Source: Thermodesulfobacteriota bacterium (GTDB lineage: Bacteria; Desulfobacterota_D; UBA1144; Nemesobacterales; UBA2774). From it: a stretch of DNA of 64,000 bases. Positions 10,898 to 21,217 of the stretch are shown one piece after another; the first letter of the stretch is position 1; each line of letters begins with the position of its first letter. The stretch lies in NCBI GenBank assembly GCA_965216785.1, contig OZ244197.1:1350037-1414036 (forward strand), read 5' to 3'. A program made the translations under genes and the position numbers. Below the pieces are notes generated by a model. It saw nothing but the letters and a program-made list of their open reading frames with translations. It was not told the origin of the DNA and did no database searches.

Positions 10898-13762
10898 ATG
10901 TTCAGAGCGTTTATACCAACTAGAAATTATTTAATACCTCTTGCACTTATTCTGATCATAGCCTTAGGCTTTCAGTTCTCCTATGCGCAGAATGAGGAGT
11001 CCCTAGATGGAGAATTCATTGACGGAGAACTCGTAGTCAAGGTTCTTCCCGGTGCGGACACAGAAGCTCTTGAGCAGGATCTACAAGCCGATGGCAATAC
11101 TATAGTTGAGACAATTCCTGATCTAGGCGTGATTGTGGTTGAGGTTCCTCTGAATGTTCCCGTAAGCTCGGCTGAGGCCGTGATTGCGGAGGACCCTGAC
11201 GTTGAATACGTCGAGAAAAACTTTATCGTGCACGCCGATGTAACCCCCAACGATTCCGGATACAGCCTGCAGTCAAGTTACTTCAATGTAGTAGACGCCC
11301 CTCAAGCCTGGGATAACATGACTGGGGATGCTGACGTGGTCATAGCGGTCCTTGATACTGGCGTTAGAAGCACTCATCAGGATATAGGGAAGCTGGTTCC
11401 GGGGTGCAATACGCTCGGCAGTTTTACAGAGAATAGCTGCGGAAGCAACACGGGCGATGTCCACGGCCACGGCACTGGTGTTGCGGGTACCGCAGCCGCG
11501 CTTTCGAACAACGGAACGGGCGCTGCCGGTATGTGCTGGGGCTGCTCTGTTATGCCCGTGAAAGTGCTTGGTGACAACGGCTCCGGACCGACAACGGACG
11601 TGGTGCAGGGCATAATGTACGCCACTAATTACGCAATAAATAATCCGACTAAAAGAGTCATCATAAATATGAGTCTCGGGCGCAGCTGCACGAGCATTTC
11701 ATCTTTAGAGCAGGATGCTATCGACTTTGCGTGGAATAATAACGTACTCGTCATAACCTCGGCTGGTAACTCCGGGAACGATAACACGCAGTGTCCTGCG
11801 AGCGCCGCTAACGCTATAGCGGTGTCAGCGACTACAACGAGCGACACGCTAGCCAGTTTTTCTAGCTTCGGCAACTTTGTAGACCTGGCGGCTCCGGGTG
11901 TGAGCATCTATAACGCCAGAGGTACAGGGAACTCCGCATATACATTTTGGTCGGGAACATCGTTCTCATCACCGAATGTAGCGGGTGTAGCAGGGCTTAT
12001 TTGGTCCGCGAACCCTAGCCTTACAAACGCTCAGGTCGATCAGATTCTTAGAAATACCGCGGATAATATAGGCAGCTCTTATTTCTTTGGGGACGGCAGA
12101 GTGAACGCCGATAAGGCTGTAGATGAAGCGCTTGGCGGGGGACCACCACCAACTCCTCCACCGGGCGGGGGCGCGGTACTAGCTCAGTTAGACCCTGGTG
12201 CTACAGGTGGTAATACGATTCAGGTAACGGGAGCTCCTCCAGGGGCTACAGTGAAGTTTAAATACTCGTTTAATAACGGCACAAAAGTAATTCCGGGCTC
12301 GGTATGCGCGGGTGAAACACTTAATCTAAGCCAGCCTAAAACGCTGGGCAACACTACCGCGGACTCAGAGGGGAACGCGACGCTGAACGTCAACCTGGAC
12401 AGCAGTTTCTCAGGAAAGACCATGCACATTCAAGCGCGTGTGGAAACGGACGTGTGCGATATTACGAATAAAGTAGTACAGGCTATAAGTGGATCTCCAC
12501 CGCCACCACCACCACCTCCTCCTCCGCCTCCACCTCCACCTCCTCCTCCACCTCCACCTCCACCACCACCACCGCCTCCTCCTCCCGGAGGTGAAGCAGT
12601 GCTCGGCGGATTAGATCCGGGCTCTGTAGGCGGTAACGCAATCACCGTGACGGGAGCTCCTCCAGGGGCTACAGTGAAGTTTAAGTACTCGTTTAATGAC
12701 GGCATAAAAGTAATCCCGGGCTCGGTATGCGCGGGTGAAACACTTAATCTAAGCCAGCCTAAAACGCTGGGCAACACTACCGCGGACTCAGAGGGGAACG
12801 CGACGCTGAACGTCAACCTGGACAGCAGTTTCTCAGGAAAGACCATGCACATTCAAGCGCGTGTGGAAACGGATGTGTGCGATATTACGAATAAAGTAGT
12901 ACAGGCTATAAGTGGATCTCCACCACCACCACCTCCTCCTCCGCCTCCTCCTCCGCCACCACCACCACCTCCCCCTTCCGGAGGTGAAGCAGTGCTCGGC
13001 GGATTAGATCCGGGCTCTGTAGGCGGTAACGCAATCACCGTGACGGGAGCGCCTCCAGGGGCTACAGTGAAGTTTAAGTACTCGTTTTTTAACGGTACAA
13101 AAGTAATTCCGGGCTCGGTATGCGCTGGTGAAACACTTAATCTAAGCCAGCCTAAAACGCTGGGCAACACTACCGCGGACTCAGAGGGGAACGCGACGCT
13201 GAACGTCAACCTGGACAGCAGTTTCTCAGGAAAGACCATGCACATTCAAGCGCGTGTGGAAACGGACGTGTGCGATATTACGAATAAAGTCGTGCAGGTT
13301 ATAAACGAATCGGGCGGGTCACCACCTCCGCCACTTGATATTCAAACTCAGGTGCTCGATCTTGTAAATCAGGCCAGGTCCCAGCCCAGAAACTGTGGCA
13401 GCACATTTTTCCCCGCTGTTTCTCCTGTCAGCTGGGATGACCGGGTAGAAAGCGCAGCCATCGTACACTCGCAAGATATGGCTCAAAATGAGTTTTTAGA
13501 CCATACAGGCTCTAACGGCTCAAGTGCTGGTGACAGACTTCTTGACCAGGGTTATGACTGGAATGCCTGGGGCGAAAATATACTGGTCGGTTCGGATGAT
13601 GCAGCCGGCGCGATTAATGGTTGGCTAAATTCCCCAGATCACTGCAGCGCCATTATGGATCCGGTATATCAAGATATAGGAGCGGGTGCCGCCGAGGGAG
13701 TATATAATGGTGTAGCAGCTACATACTGGACGCTAGTTTTCGGATCTAACGGAGGCTCTTAA
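10898..13762 (+). CDS. Secreted subtilisin-like serine protease (peptidase S8) with three tandem ~105-aa repeat domains, poly-Pro linkers and a C-terminal CAP/SCP (YkwD-like) domain, 954 aa
   Basis: Catalytic triad motifs 'VIAVLDTGV', 'HGHGTGVAGT', 'GTSFSSPNVAGV'. Three copies of 'GGEAVLGGLDPGSVGGNAITVTGAPPGATVKFKYSF...DVCDITNKVVQAISGS' are separated by runs of ~20-33 Pro. The C-terminal 'LVNQARSQ...GENILVG...WLNSPDHCSAIMDPVYQDIGAG' is CAP-like. Confidence 0.8.
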   Translation: MFRAFIPTRNYLIPLALILIIALGFQFSYAQNEESLDGEFIDGELVVKVLPGADTEALEQDLQADGNTIVETIPDLGVIVVEVPLNVPVSSAEAVIAEDPDVEYVEKNFIVHADVTPNDSGYSLQSSYFNVVDAPQAWDNMTGDADVVIAVLDTGVRSTHQDIGKLVPGCNTLGSFTENSCGSNTGDVHGHGTGVAGTAAALSNNGTGAAGMCWGCSVMPVKVLGDNGSGPTTDVVQGIMYATNYAINNPTKRVIINMSLGRSCTSISSLEQDAIDFAWNNNVLVITSAGNSGNDNTQCPASAANAIAVSATTTSDTLASFSSFGNFVDLAAPGVSIYNARGTGNSAYTFWSGTSFSSPNVAGVAGLIWSANPSLTNAQVDQILRNTADNIGSSYFFGDGRVNADKAVDEALGGGPPPTPPPGGGAVLAQLDPGATGGNTIQVTGAPPGATVKFKYSFNNGTKVIPGSVCAGETLNLSQPKTLGNTTADSEGNATLNVNLDSSFSGKTMHIQARVETDVCDITNKVVQAISGSPPPPPPPPPPPPPPPPPPPPPPPPPPPPPPGGEAVLGGLDPGSVGGNAITVTGAPPGATVKFKYSFNDGIKVIPGSVCAGETLNLSQPKTLGNTTADSEGNATLNVNLDSSFSGKTMHIQARVETDVCDITNKVVQAISGSPPPPPPPPPPPPPPPPPPPSGGEAVLGGLDPGSVGGNAITVTGAPPGATVKFKYSFFNGTKVIPGSVCAGETLNLSQPKTLGNTTADSEGNATLNVNLDSSFSGKTMHIQARVETDVCDITNKVVQVINESGGSPPPPLDIQTQVLDLVNQARSQPRNCGSTFFPAVSPVSWDDRVESAAIVHSQDMAQNEFLDHTGSNGSSAGDRLLDQGYDWNAWGENILVGSDDAAGAINGWLNSPDHCSAIMDPVYQDIGAGAAEGVYNGVAATYWTLVFGSNGGS
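12166..13330 (+). repeat. Three near-identical ~420-bp tandem repeats with cct/cca/ccg poly-proline codon tracts, in frame inside the protease gene
   Basis: Copies beginning near 12166, 12588 and 12981 are almost identical at the nucleotide level (e.g. 'ccaggggctacagtgaagtttaa(a/g)tactcgttt'). Proline tracts lie at 12496-12587 and 12916-12980. Confidence 0.85.
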
Positions 13763-13877
13763 TCTGTAAAGAATACAGGAGTGTTTTTGGAATCCGATCT
13801 ATGTGATAATAAGAATAAAGTCGTGCAGTTTATTCTATGATATTAAAGTAAGCTAGAGTTTTGAGTACTTTAAATGA

Positions 13878-13918
13878 GAGGCGCCCCATGTGAATATAGC
13901 CATGGGGCGCTTTTTTTA
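13878..13918 (+). terminator. Intrinsic terminator after the protease gene
   Basis: 'ggcgccccatg..tgaatatagc..catggggcgc' followed by 'ttttttt'. Confidence 0.7.
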
Positions 13919-14010
13919 TGTCCAAGGATATCCTTAATATAGGAGTGGCTGTTAAGCGTAGGGCCGTAATTACTTGACACTTATATTTTTATCCAAATAC
14001 TATAGACTTC

Positions 14011-14973
14011 ATGAATAGAGTGATTGCTGAGAATAAGTTGTTTGTAATTTTATTCCTTACGTTTTCTATGCTGTTTGTTATAAGCTGCGGTTCGAAAACT
14101 ACTCCTAAAGATATGAATGACGAGCAGCTCTACGAGGCTGCCGTAGAAGAGCTTCAGGGAAAGGGTGGGGGATTCCCGTGGATATTCGGGGGAAAGGACT
14201 ACGATACTATTTTGAAGCTGCTTAAGGAAGTACAGCTACGCTATACATATAGCCCCTACGCGACCCTCGCGGAGCTCAGAACAGCGGATACGTATTTTGA
14301 TAGGGGAGAGTATGAGACGGCAGCGATTGAGTACGAAGAATTCTTAAAGCGCCACCCCGGCCATAAGGAGGCCCCCTATGCAACATACAGGCTTGGCCTC
14401 TCCTTTTATAAAGAGATAAGAAGCCCAGACAGAGACCCTACGTTTACAAGACAATCGCTTAAGTGGTTTACAATATTTGTAGAAGAATACCCCGGCTCTC
14501 CGCTAGTTCCGGACGCGGAGCAGAGGATCCAGAAGTGCCGTGACCGTCTTGCCAAGAGGGAGATTCTGATTGGTAATTTCTACAATAAACGCAAGAACTA
14601 TAAAGCCGCGGCCAGCCGCTACAGTGTCGTGGTCGAGGAATACCCAGACAGCAATAAGTTCGAGGAGGCTCTTTACCTACTGGGAAGGGCCTATGCAAAG
14701 GCAGACCAGTACGAGCTCGCAGAGGCTACACTGAACACTCTTGTAGAACAGTATCCGGACGATAAGTACTCGGGGAAAGCCTCTTCGCTTCTAAACGATA
14801 TACAGGGCAAGTCCGCTCTACCACCCGATGTAGAGGTTGAAACGGTTGAACAGATCGACGAGGTTCAAGAGATAGAGACTATTGAAGGCGCTGACGGGAC
14901 CCCGGAAGTCGAAGAGATAGACGAGATCGAAGAGGTTCAAGAGGAAGAAGTAATAGAGGAAGTACCTCAGTAA
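14011..14973 (+). CDS. bamD: Outer membrane protein assembly factor BamD (TPR lipoprotein) with an acidic C-terminal tail
   Basis: Lipobox 'FVISC'; TPR-like 'YEAAVEELQGKG...YFDRGEYETAAIEYEEFLKRHP...YRLGLSFYK'. Tail 'EVETVEQIDEVQEIETIEG...EEVIEEVPQ'. Promoter-like TTGACA-17-TACTAT lies at 13972-14000. Confidence 0.7.
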   Translation: MNRVIAENKLFVILFLTFSMLFVISCGSKTTPKDMNDEQLYEAAVEELQGKGGGFPWIFGGKDYDTILKLLKEVQLRYTYSPYATLAELRTADTYFDRGEYETAAIEYEEFLKRHPGHKEAPYATYRLGLSFYKEIRSPDRDPTFTRQSLKWFTIFVEEYPGSPLVPDAEQRIQKCRDRLAKREILIGNFYNKRKNYKAAASRYSVVVEEYPDSNKFEEALYLLGRAYAKADQYELAEATLNTLVEQYPDDKYSGKASSLLNDIQGKSALPPDVEVETVEQIDEVQEIETIEGADGTPEVEEIDEIEEVQEEEVIEEVPQ

Positions 14974-14975
14974 GT

Positions 14976-15431
14976 ATGAAATTCCTTTCTTATATCGTCT
15001 TAATTCCCCTGTTATTATTGCTCGCTTGCACAAACTCCCAGAATAAGGAGATCGAACAGGTCCTGACTGTAAGAGAAGAGGCTCTTGAGTCAAAGAATGC
15101 TGATTTGTATCTGACTCTGGTCTCACCGGATTATAGTGAGGAGCGGGACGGTAAGACTCTAGGGCTTGAAGATATGAAGAAAAATTTTCTTACCAACGTC
15201 TCTCTATTTGATGATCTGGAGATTTCTCACTCTGATAGAAGCATATATTTAAAAGAAAATAAAGCGGATGTGTTTCAGATAACCAAGGTTACAGCTTCGA
15301 TTAACGACAGCAAAAGCGTGTTCAAATTGAGTGAGAAGATCGCTATTGAGAAGATAGGGGGTAAATGGCTTATCGTTAAGGAATCGGACGCCGATTACTT
15401 TGACGGGTACGTGTTCGGCGGCAGTAAGTAA
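14976..15431 (+). CDS. Hypothetical lipoprotein, 151 aa
   Basis: Signal peptide with lipobox 'LLLAC'. Start is 3 nt after the bamD stop, so likely co-transcribed. Confidence 0.55.
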   Translation: MKFLSYIVLIPLLLLLACTNSQNKEIEQVLTVREEALESKNADLYLTLVSPDYSEERDGKTLGLEDMKKNFLTNVSLFDDLEISHSDRSIYLKENKADVFQITKVTASINDSKSVFKLSEKIAIEKIGGKWLIVKESDADYFDGYVFGGSK

Positions 15432-15438
15432 CCCAAAT

Positions 15439-15801
15439 TTACATTCCAAACTGTTTTTCTACTTGTTCCTGCTCTTCCTTACAGTCAATACAAAGAGTTG
15501 TTTCGGGCCTTACTTCGAGCCTGTCTTCCGTAATTTCTTCATCGCAGACTTCACAGATGCCGTAGCTTCCGTCCTCTGTCCTCTTTATCGCTTCCTGTAT
15601 CTTTTTTATAAGTTTTCTTTCCCGGTCTCTTTTTCTAAGCTCAATGGTTCTGTTGGATTCGTTAAGGGCCCTGTCGAGCGGGTCGGGAAAGGTCCCGTCC
15701 CCTCGGCTCAAGCTGCTTACCGTATCTTCAGCTATACCCAGGAGGCTGGCTAGTCTTTTGATCAGTACGTCTCTGTAGTGCTCGCGCTTTCCATTATTCA
15801 T
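15439..15801 (-). CDS. dksA: DksA/TraR-family C4 zinc-finger protein
   Basis: Zinc finger 'CEVCDEEI...CIDCK'; coiled-coil N-terminal region. Confidence 0.7.
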   Translation of the reverse strand: MNNGKREHYRDVLIKRLASLLGIAEDTVSSLSRGDGTFPDPLDRALNESNRTIELRKRDRERKLIKKIQEAIKRTEDGSYGICEVCDEEITEDRLEVRPETTLCIDCKEEQEQVEKQFGM

Positions 15802-15990
15802 ACGGTGAAATTATATCATCTATGGCGAATGCTGTAAATCATAAAAAGCTGTGTAGTAGGCATGAATACTGTGTAAATAGGTGTTACCGCGCCCTTGTTT
15901 TTAATAGATATGGGCAAATAGATGTTTTTATAAATACAGTTACTATTATGTGCAGGGCACATACTAAATAGCATACAAGAGGCAAAACAT

Positions 15991-16863
15991 TTGAGTAGAT
16001 TGATACAACTTACGTTCAAGGCGTCCGAAGAGGCTCGCGCGCTTCTCTCGGATTATCTGTTGGGACTCGGCTCAGAAGGAGTGGCGGAGGATATCGGGGA
16101 GGGGGGTATGTATGATTTCTCGGCCTATTTTCCTATGGACGAGGACCTGGGGGAAGTCATTAAAGCTCTTAAGGGCTATTTCTCTATACTAAAGGACAGT
16201 ATGCCGGATATTGAAATAAGCGATATTAAGGCGCGCCAAATACACAGCTCGAGCTGGATGGTGTGGCGGGAGCTGCTGAATATGGTGCGGGCAGGCAGGA
16301 GGATCGTCATTATCCCCCCTTGGGTAGAGCATAGTGCCGTAGATGATGAAATTGTATTAGAGATAAACCCCTCGCTTGCTTTCGGCACGGGGCATCACGA
16401 GAGCACCAGATTGTGTCTTGCGGGGATCGAAGAGATCATAGACGGGGGCTCGGTCGGGAGTATACTTGACGTAGGGTGCGGGAGCGGCATCCTGTCCATT
16501 TGCGCAGCGCTTCTCGGAGTGCCGGATATAAGCGGTTTTGACATGGACCCGGTGGCTGTAAAGGAGTCTCACAAAAACGCCGGGAATAACTCGGTCGGGG
16601 GCAAAATAAAGTTCTTTACCGGACTCATTGACAGCGCGGAGGGAAGCTATGACTTAATTGTCGCTAACGTCTATGTTGAGCCAATACTCTCGATGAAAGA
16701 AGCTTTTAGTGAAAGACTCGCCCCCGGCGGGAGCCTGGTTGTCTCGGGTATTCCCGTCTCCCGCGGTAAGGAGGTTGTAGAGGGGCTCGGCAGTGAAGGG
16801 TTTAAAGTGCATAAAGAGCGTACTGAGGGCGATTGGATCTCTTTTGAGCTTAGAAAAGATTAA
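15991..16863 (+). CDS. prmA: Ribosomal protein L11 methyltransferase
   Basis: 'LEINPSLAFGTGHHESTRLCL' and 'ILDVGCGSGILSICAALLG' match PrmA. TTG start. Confidence 0.8.
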   Translation: MSRLIQLTFKASEEARALLSDYLLGLGSEGVAEDIGEGGMYDFSAYFPMDEDLGEVIKALKGYFSILKDSMPDIEISDIKARQIHSSSWMVWRELLNMVRAGRRIVIIPPWVEHSAVDDEIVLEINPSLAFGTGHHESTRLCLAGIEEIIDGGSVGSILDVGCGSGILSICAALLGVPDISGFDMDPVAVKESHKNAGNNSVGGKIKFFTGLIDSAEGSYDLIVANVYVEPILSMKEAFSERLAPGGSLVVSGIPVSRGKEVVEGLGSEGFKVHKERTEGDWISFELRKD

Positions 16864-16946
16864 TCCCATGTGTTATTTACTAGAATTATTGATATACACG
16901 GTGCTCTGAGTAAACTCATAGCCCTTTACTAATACATTTTATCAAG

Positions 16947-17990
16947 GTGAGTGCAATGTCGTCCTTTAAAACAATAGAATGGAAAGATGATAAGGTAGTA
17001 ATGATCGATCAGCGCAAGCTTCCCGGGGAAGAGACCTATAATGAGTACACCACATATGAAGAGGTAGCTGAGGCCATAAGGAGTATGGTCATAAGGGGCG
17101 CGCCCGCGATAGGCGTCGCCGCCGCGATGGGTATTGCAATCGGGGCTCTTCATACGAGTGTATCTGACAGGGACGAGTTCGTATCTGAGGTTAAGCGGAT
17201 AGCGGAGGTCATAAAGGGTACAAGACCCACAGCGGTCAATTTGTTCTGGGCGGCGGACAGGATGCTCGGTGTGCTTGATAATAACGATAAAGATGTCCAG
17301 GGGCTTAAGCAGGACCTGGTGGAAGAGGCCAAAAAGGTTCTGGATGAGGATATAGAGACGTGCAAACGGCTCGGCTACATAGGCTCTGATCTTATCGATG
17401 ACGGAATGACAGTACTCACTCACTGTAACGCGGGCGCTCTGGCCACCGGTGGCTACGGTACGGCGCTTGGGGTGATCAGGGCCGCAAGTGAAGCGGGTAA
17501 AAAGATAAAAGTTATAGCCACCGAGACAAGACCCTTTCTTCAGGGGGCAAGGCTCACGGCCTGGGAGCTTGATCAGGACGGGATCCCCGTATCTCTGATT
17601 ACCGATAACATGGTCGGGCATATGATGAGCAGGGGAGTAGTGGACGCCGTCGTACTGGGCGCCGACCGGATTGCGTCGAACGGTGATGTGGCCAACAAGA
17701 TCGGGACCTACACAATCTCGGTGCTCGCTAAATCTCACGGTATACCGTTTTACGTCGCGGCTCCCGTGTCAACTATCGATTACGAGTGTCCTGACGGTTT
17801 GAGCATCCCTATTGAAGAAAGAGACCGCAGTGAGGTGACGCACATAAGGGGAGCTAAGATAGCCCCGGACGTAGACGTTTTTAATCCTGCGTTTGATATT
17901 ACGCCAGCCGGCAATGTAAAATCGATAATCACAGAGGCCGGGATTGCCCGGGAGCCTTACAAAGAGACGCTTAAGGGATTAAAGAAATAG
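16947..17990 (+). CDS. mtnA: S-methyl-5-thioribose-1-phosphate isomerase (eIF-2B alpha/beta/delta family)
   Basis: '[17 protein letters not shown]', '[14 protein letters not shown]', '[19 protein letters not shown]'. GTG at 16947 or ATG at 16956. Confidence 0.75.
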   Translation: MSAMSSFKTIEWKDDKVVMIDQRKLPGEETYNEYTTYEEVAEAIRSMVIRGAPAIGVAAAMGIAIGALHTSVSDRDEFVSEVKRIAEVIKGTRPTAVNLFWAADRMLGVLDNNDKDVQGLKQDLVEEAKKVLDEDIETCKRLGYIGSDLIDDGMTVLTHCNAGALATGGYGTALGVIRAASEAGKKIKVIATETRPFLQGARLTAWELDQDGIPVSLITDNMVGHMMSRGVVDAVVLGADRIASNGDVANKIGTYTISVLAKSHGIPFYVAAPVSTIDYECPDGLSIPIEERDRSEVTHIRGAKIAPDVDVFNPAFDITPAGNVKSIITEAGIAREPYKETLKGLKK

Positions 17991-18002
17991 CATTTTCCAA
18001 GA

Positions 18003-18392
18003 TTAACCCCTTTCAAGGTCTTCCTGACAGGACAGGCATAGTTTTGTGAATAGCATGGCGCTCAGTCTTTCTTTGTCGATTTCCTCATCGCATGACTCGC
18101 ATACGCCGTAGGTGCCTGCTTCGATTCTTTTGAGCGCGTCGTCAACTAAGGTGAGCTTTTCCCTCTCTCTGTCCGCAAGCATGAGAGCGAGCTCACGGTC
18201 CCTGTCGCTTGAGGCATGGTCATAGAAATCGCCTATATCGTGCTTAAGATGGTCCGATTCCGCGCGCATGGACTGCGATACTTCCTGAAGGAGCTCCTTT
18301 CTCATCTGCAGGAGCTGCTCTTTGATTTGGTTCTTCCAGGTTCTTTTGGGCTTCCTGGTTTGTTTTTTCTTAGTTTCTTTAGCTTTAGCCAT
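18003..18392 (-). CDS. Second DksA/TraR-family zinc-finger protein with a Lys-rich N-terminus
   Basis: 'CESCDEEIDKERL...CLSCQ'. Confidence 0.65.
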   Translation of the reverse strand: MAKAKETKKKQTRKPKRTWKNQIKEQLLQMRKELLQEVSQSMRAESDHLKHDIGDFYDHASSDRDRELALMLADREREKLTLVDDALKRIEAGTYGVCESCDEEIDKERLSAMLFTKLCLSCQEDLERG

Positions 18393-18720
18393 CTGAAGGA
18401 TGTTTCTCCCTGAGAGTTTGATTGTTAACGTACAGCTTGAGATAAATGCTTAGAAACTACACATTAATTGATGCTAAGAGATACTGTAACTAACCGCCAC
18501 AACACAATATACAGCCGAAATCCCGCTTCTCCGCTTATCCCCGAAGGGTATATTAAGATAAGTACATAAAACAGTTTGTCAAGTCCCGATATTAAAGCGG
18601 GTTCTTATCGCGCGCGCGGGCTCCTGTATTCAGCGTACGGTCCCAGGCGGCAGTTGCTGTCCGTCTTGCGTAAAAATATTAATTGCTTAAAATAACGTAG
18701 CTGAGGTTCAGGAAGCTCAT

Positions 18721-20274
18721 ATGAGAAACTCGATAACCGGCGCGCGCGATCTATGGAAATCCAGAACAGGTCTCATACTTGCCATGGCCGGAGCGGCTAT
18801 TGGTCTTGGCAACTTTCTACGCTTTCCGGTACAGGCGGCTGAAAACGGCGGCGGCGCATTCATGGTGCCCTATATCATCGCGTTTTTTCTCGTCGGAATA
18901 CCGCTTATGTGGGCTGAATGGGCAATGGGGCGGTACGGAGGGCAGAGAGGGCACGGTACGACTCCAAAGGTGTTTGAGCTTTTGTGGAAGCATCCGGCAG
19001 CGAAATTCGTCGGGGTGCTCGGTCTTTGGATCCCGCTTGTAGTTTCGATCTATTACATATATATAGAGTCCTGGACGCTTGGATACTCGATTCATTTCCT
19101 TCTGGGCTCATCCCCAAAGCTTGCAGACGGGGCTTACTCGGCTCAGGAGTATGTGGAGCCTTTCAGTAACTTTTTGGGCTCCTATATCGGCTCCTCGGAG
19201 GGCGGGAGTTTTTTTAGTCCCTCTCTGATGGCCTACGGCGCGTTCGCCGCTACGCTCGCGGCTAACTTTTACATACTGCTAAGGGGTATTTCACGGGGTG
19301 TGGAGATTTTCGCGAAATTCGCTCTGCCGGTGCTTTTTATCATGGCGCTGGTACTTTTGGTTCGCGTGCTCACCATTAAAACCCCAAGCGGCACCGCGTG
19401 GGACGGGCTGAATTTCCTGTGGAACCCCGATTTCAGGGCTCTTATGAACCCTGGGGTATGGGTAGCGGCCGCGGGACAGATATTCTTTACCCTGAGCCTA
19501 GGGTTCGGGGCAATGATTACATACGCTTCCTACATAAAGCCCAAACAGGATATCGCGCTTACGGGTCTTACCTCGGCTACCCTTAACGAGACGGCTGAGA
19601 TTGTGTTGGGAGGTACAATCGCAATACCCGCCGCTGTGGCTTTCTTCGGAATAGCCGGTGCTGTTTCCATAGCGCAGTCGGGCGCGTTCAGTCTAGGGTT
19701 TATAAGCCTCCCCGCTATATTCGCAAGTATGCCCGCGGGACAATTCCTTGGGTTTTTGTGGTTCTTTCTTCTCTTTTTTGCAGCACTCACATCTTCTGTC
19801 TCAATCACTCAGCCGGTGATCACATTTTTTCAGGACGAGTTCGGTATCAGGAGATCGAGCTCTGTGATAATAACAATGCTCATAATGTGCGTCAGTGTTT
19901 TAATGGTGATATTCGTAAACCAAACGCTTGACGAGTGGGACTTCTGGGCGGGCACGATAGGGGTGGTGCTTCTGGGGTTCTTGGAAATACTGATCTTTAT
20001 GTGGGCTTTTGGAGGCGAGAAGGCCTGGGCCGAGATAAACCGCGACGGATTAATTAAGGTGCCCCGGTTTTTCTACTATATACTCCGCTACGTTACACCA
20101 TTGTTTTTGCTTATAATACTGGCTTGGTGGAGCGTCGAGCTTTTGCCTAATCAGCTTCAGAAAACAAGCTGGACCATTTGGGCCTCTCGCGCTTACCTGG
20201 TATTTCTCTTTTTATTTCTGGGTGTTATGGTATTTATAGCCAACAGGAGGAATTCCCGCAACAATGGAGCTTGA
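18721..20274 (+). CDS. Sodium-dependent transporter, neurotransmitter:sodium symporter (SNF/SLC6) family
   Basis: '[37 protein letters not shown]' N-terminal signature; 11-12 predicted TM helices. Confidence 0.8.
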   Translation: MRNSITGARDLWKSRTGLILAMAGAAIGLGNFLRFPVQAAENGGGAFMVPYIIAFFLVGIPLMWAEWAMGRYGGQRGHGTTPKVFELLWKHPAAKFVGVLGLWIPLVVSIYYIYIESWTLGYSIHFLLGSSPKLADGAYSAQEYVEPFSNFLGSYIGSSEGGSFFSPSLMAYGAFAATLAANFYILLRGISRGVEIFAKFALPVLFIMALVLLVRVLTIKTPSGTAWDGLNFLWNPDFRALMNPGVWVAAAGQIFFTLSLGFGAMITYASYIKPKQDIALTGLTSATLNETAEIVLGGTIAIPAAVAFFGIAGAVSIAQSGAFSLGFISLPAIFASMPAGQFLGFLWFFLLFFAALTSSVSITQPVITFFQDEFGIRRSSSVIITMLIMCVSVLMVIFVNQTLDEWDFWAGTIGVVLLGFLEILIFMWAFGGEKAWAEINRDGLIKVPRFFYYILRYVTPLFLLIILAWWSVELLPNQLQKTSWTIWASRAYLVFLFLFLGVMVFIANRRNSRNNGA

Positions 20275-20400
20275 CGCGCTTTTATTCATGCTGTTTTCCT
20301 GGGGATTTGCGCTCGGGATATTAACTTTTTGCGTAGTGACCCTTTCTAAGCACAGAGGGGAGTGACTTACGCTTGCCATGCGAGGCGTAAGAGCCTGTCC

Positions 20401-21195
20401 TTACTGCTTGTAAAACTTCTTCTCCCACTCTTTGTGTTTTCCTTCGGCCTCTTTAATGAAAGGCGCAAATGCCGCGGCGTTGACCACAAGGTCGTTTAGA
20501 AGATTGAACGGGAATTTAACGGGTCGCACGAAGTCCACGAATAAAACGGCCCTGAAGCCGTCCGTATCGTTCCAGACCTGGTGAAAGTACGTGTCGTCGA
20601 ATATAATGCTTTCCCCTTCGTCCCAGTTCTTTATCTCTTTGTCTATCTGTATGCGGCATTTCTCTTTAGGCTGGGGCACAAGTAGTCCCAGATGGTAACG
20701 GAGAACTCCGTTATAAGGGCCTTTGTGGAGCGGAATATGCTTGTTCGGAGAAAGTATGGAGAAGAATGCCGTTTTCATGCCCGGGATCTTATTCAGAAGC
20801 TTTGTGGTCTCGGGGCACCTTTTGGCGTTCTCTTCGCTCGCCAGACCGTATCCTGCGAGAAAATAGGTCTTCCACATGTTGTCTGAGGTTATGGTTGTTA
20901 CCTGAGGCATAATATCGTGAAAACTCGGGAGGTCTTCACGTCTTTCCATGACCGCGTCGAGCTCTTTACGTATAACCTCCCAGTTCTTCTCGAGCTCAAG
21001 CGCCCAAGGGAAGGTTTTATTTTCATATATCGGGGGGTTGCCGTGTTTTGCAAATTTGACGTTTGTTTTTTCAACCATCCGGAGAAAGGCCGATATTAGT
21101 CCGGGTGCAAATTCCTTTTGGTCATAATCGGCGGGAGAGGGCTTTTCTCTTTCCTCGCCTACTTCCAGCTTTATGTCTTCATTTTTATCGCTCAT
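20401..21195 (-). CDS. Aspartyl/asparaginyl beta-hydroxylase family (LpxO-like 2OG-Fe dioxygenase)
   Basis: 'NKHIPLHKGPYNGVLRYHLGLLVP' parallels LpxO 'IKPHCGPTNIRLRCHLPLIVP'. Confidence 0.6.
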   Translation of the reverse strand: MSDKNEDIKLEVGEEREKPSPADYDQKEFAPGLISAFLRMVEKTNVKFAKHGNPPIYENKTFPWALELEKNWEVIRKELDAVMERREDLPSFHDIMPQVTTITSDNMWKTYFLAGYGLASEENAKRCPETTKLLNKIPGMKTAFFSILSPNKHIPLHKGPYNGVLRYHLGLLVPQPKEKCRIQIDKEIKNWDEGESIIFDDTYFHQVWNDTDGFRAVLFVDFVRPVKFPFNLLNDLVVNAAAFAPFIKEAEGKHKEWEKKFYKQ

Positions 21196-21217
21196 GGTTC
21201 TTATCCCCGTTGCGTAT

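Noticed and set aside
12220-13245. Minus-strand ORFs of 69-140 aa containing poly-Gly runs and repeating N-termini ('MCMVFPEKLL...')
   Set aside because: They are the reverse-complement shadow of the protease's tandem repeats; poly-Gly (ggn) is the antisense of the poly-Pro (ccn) linkers.
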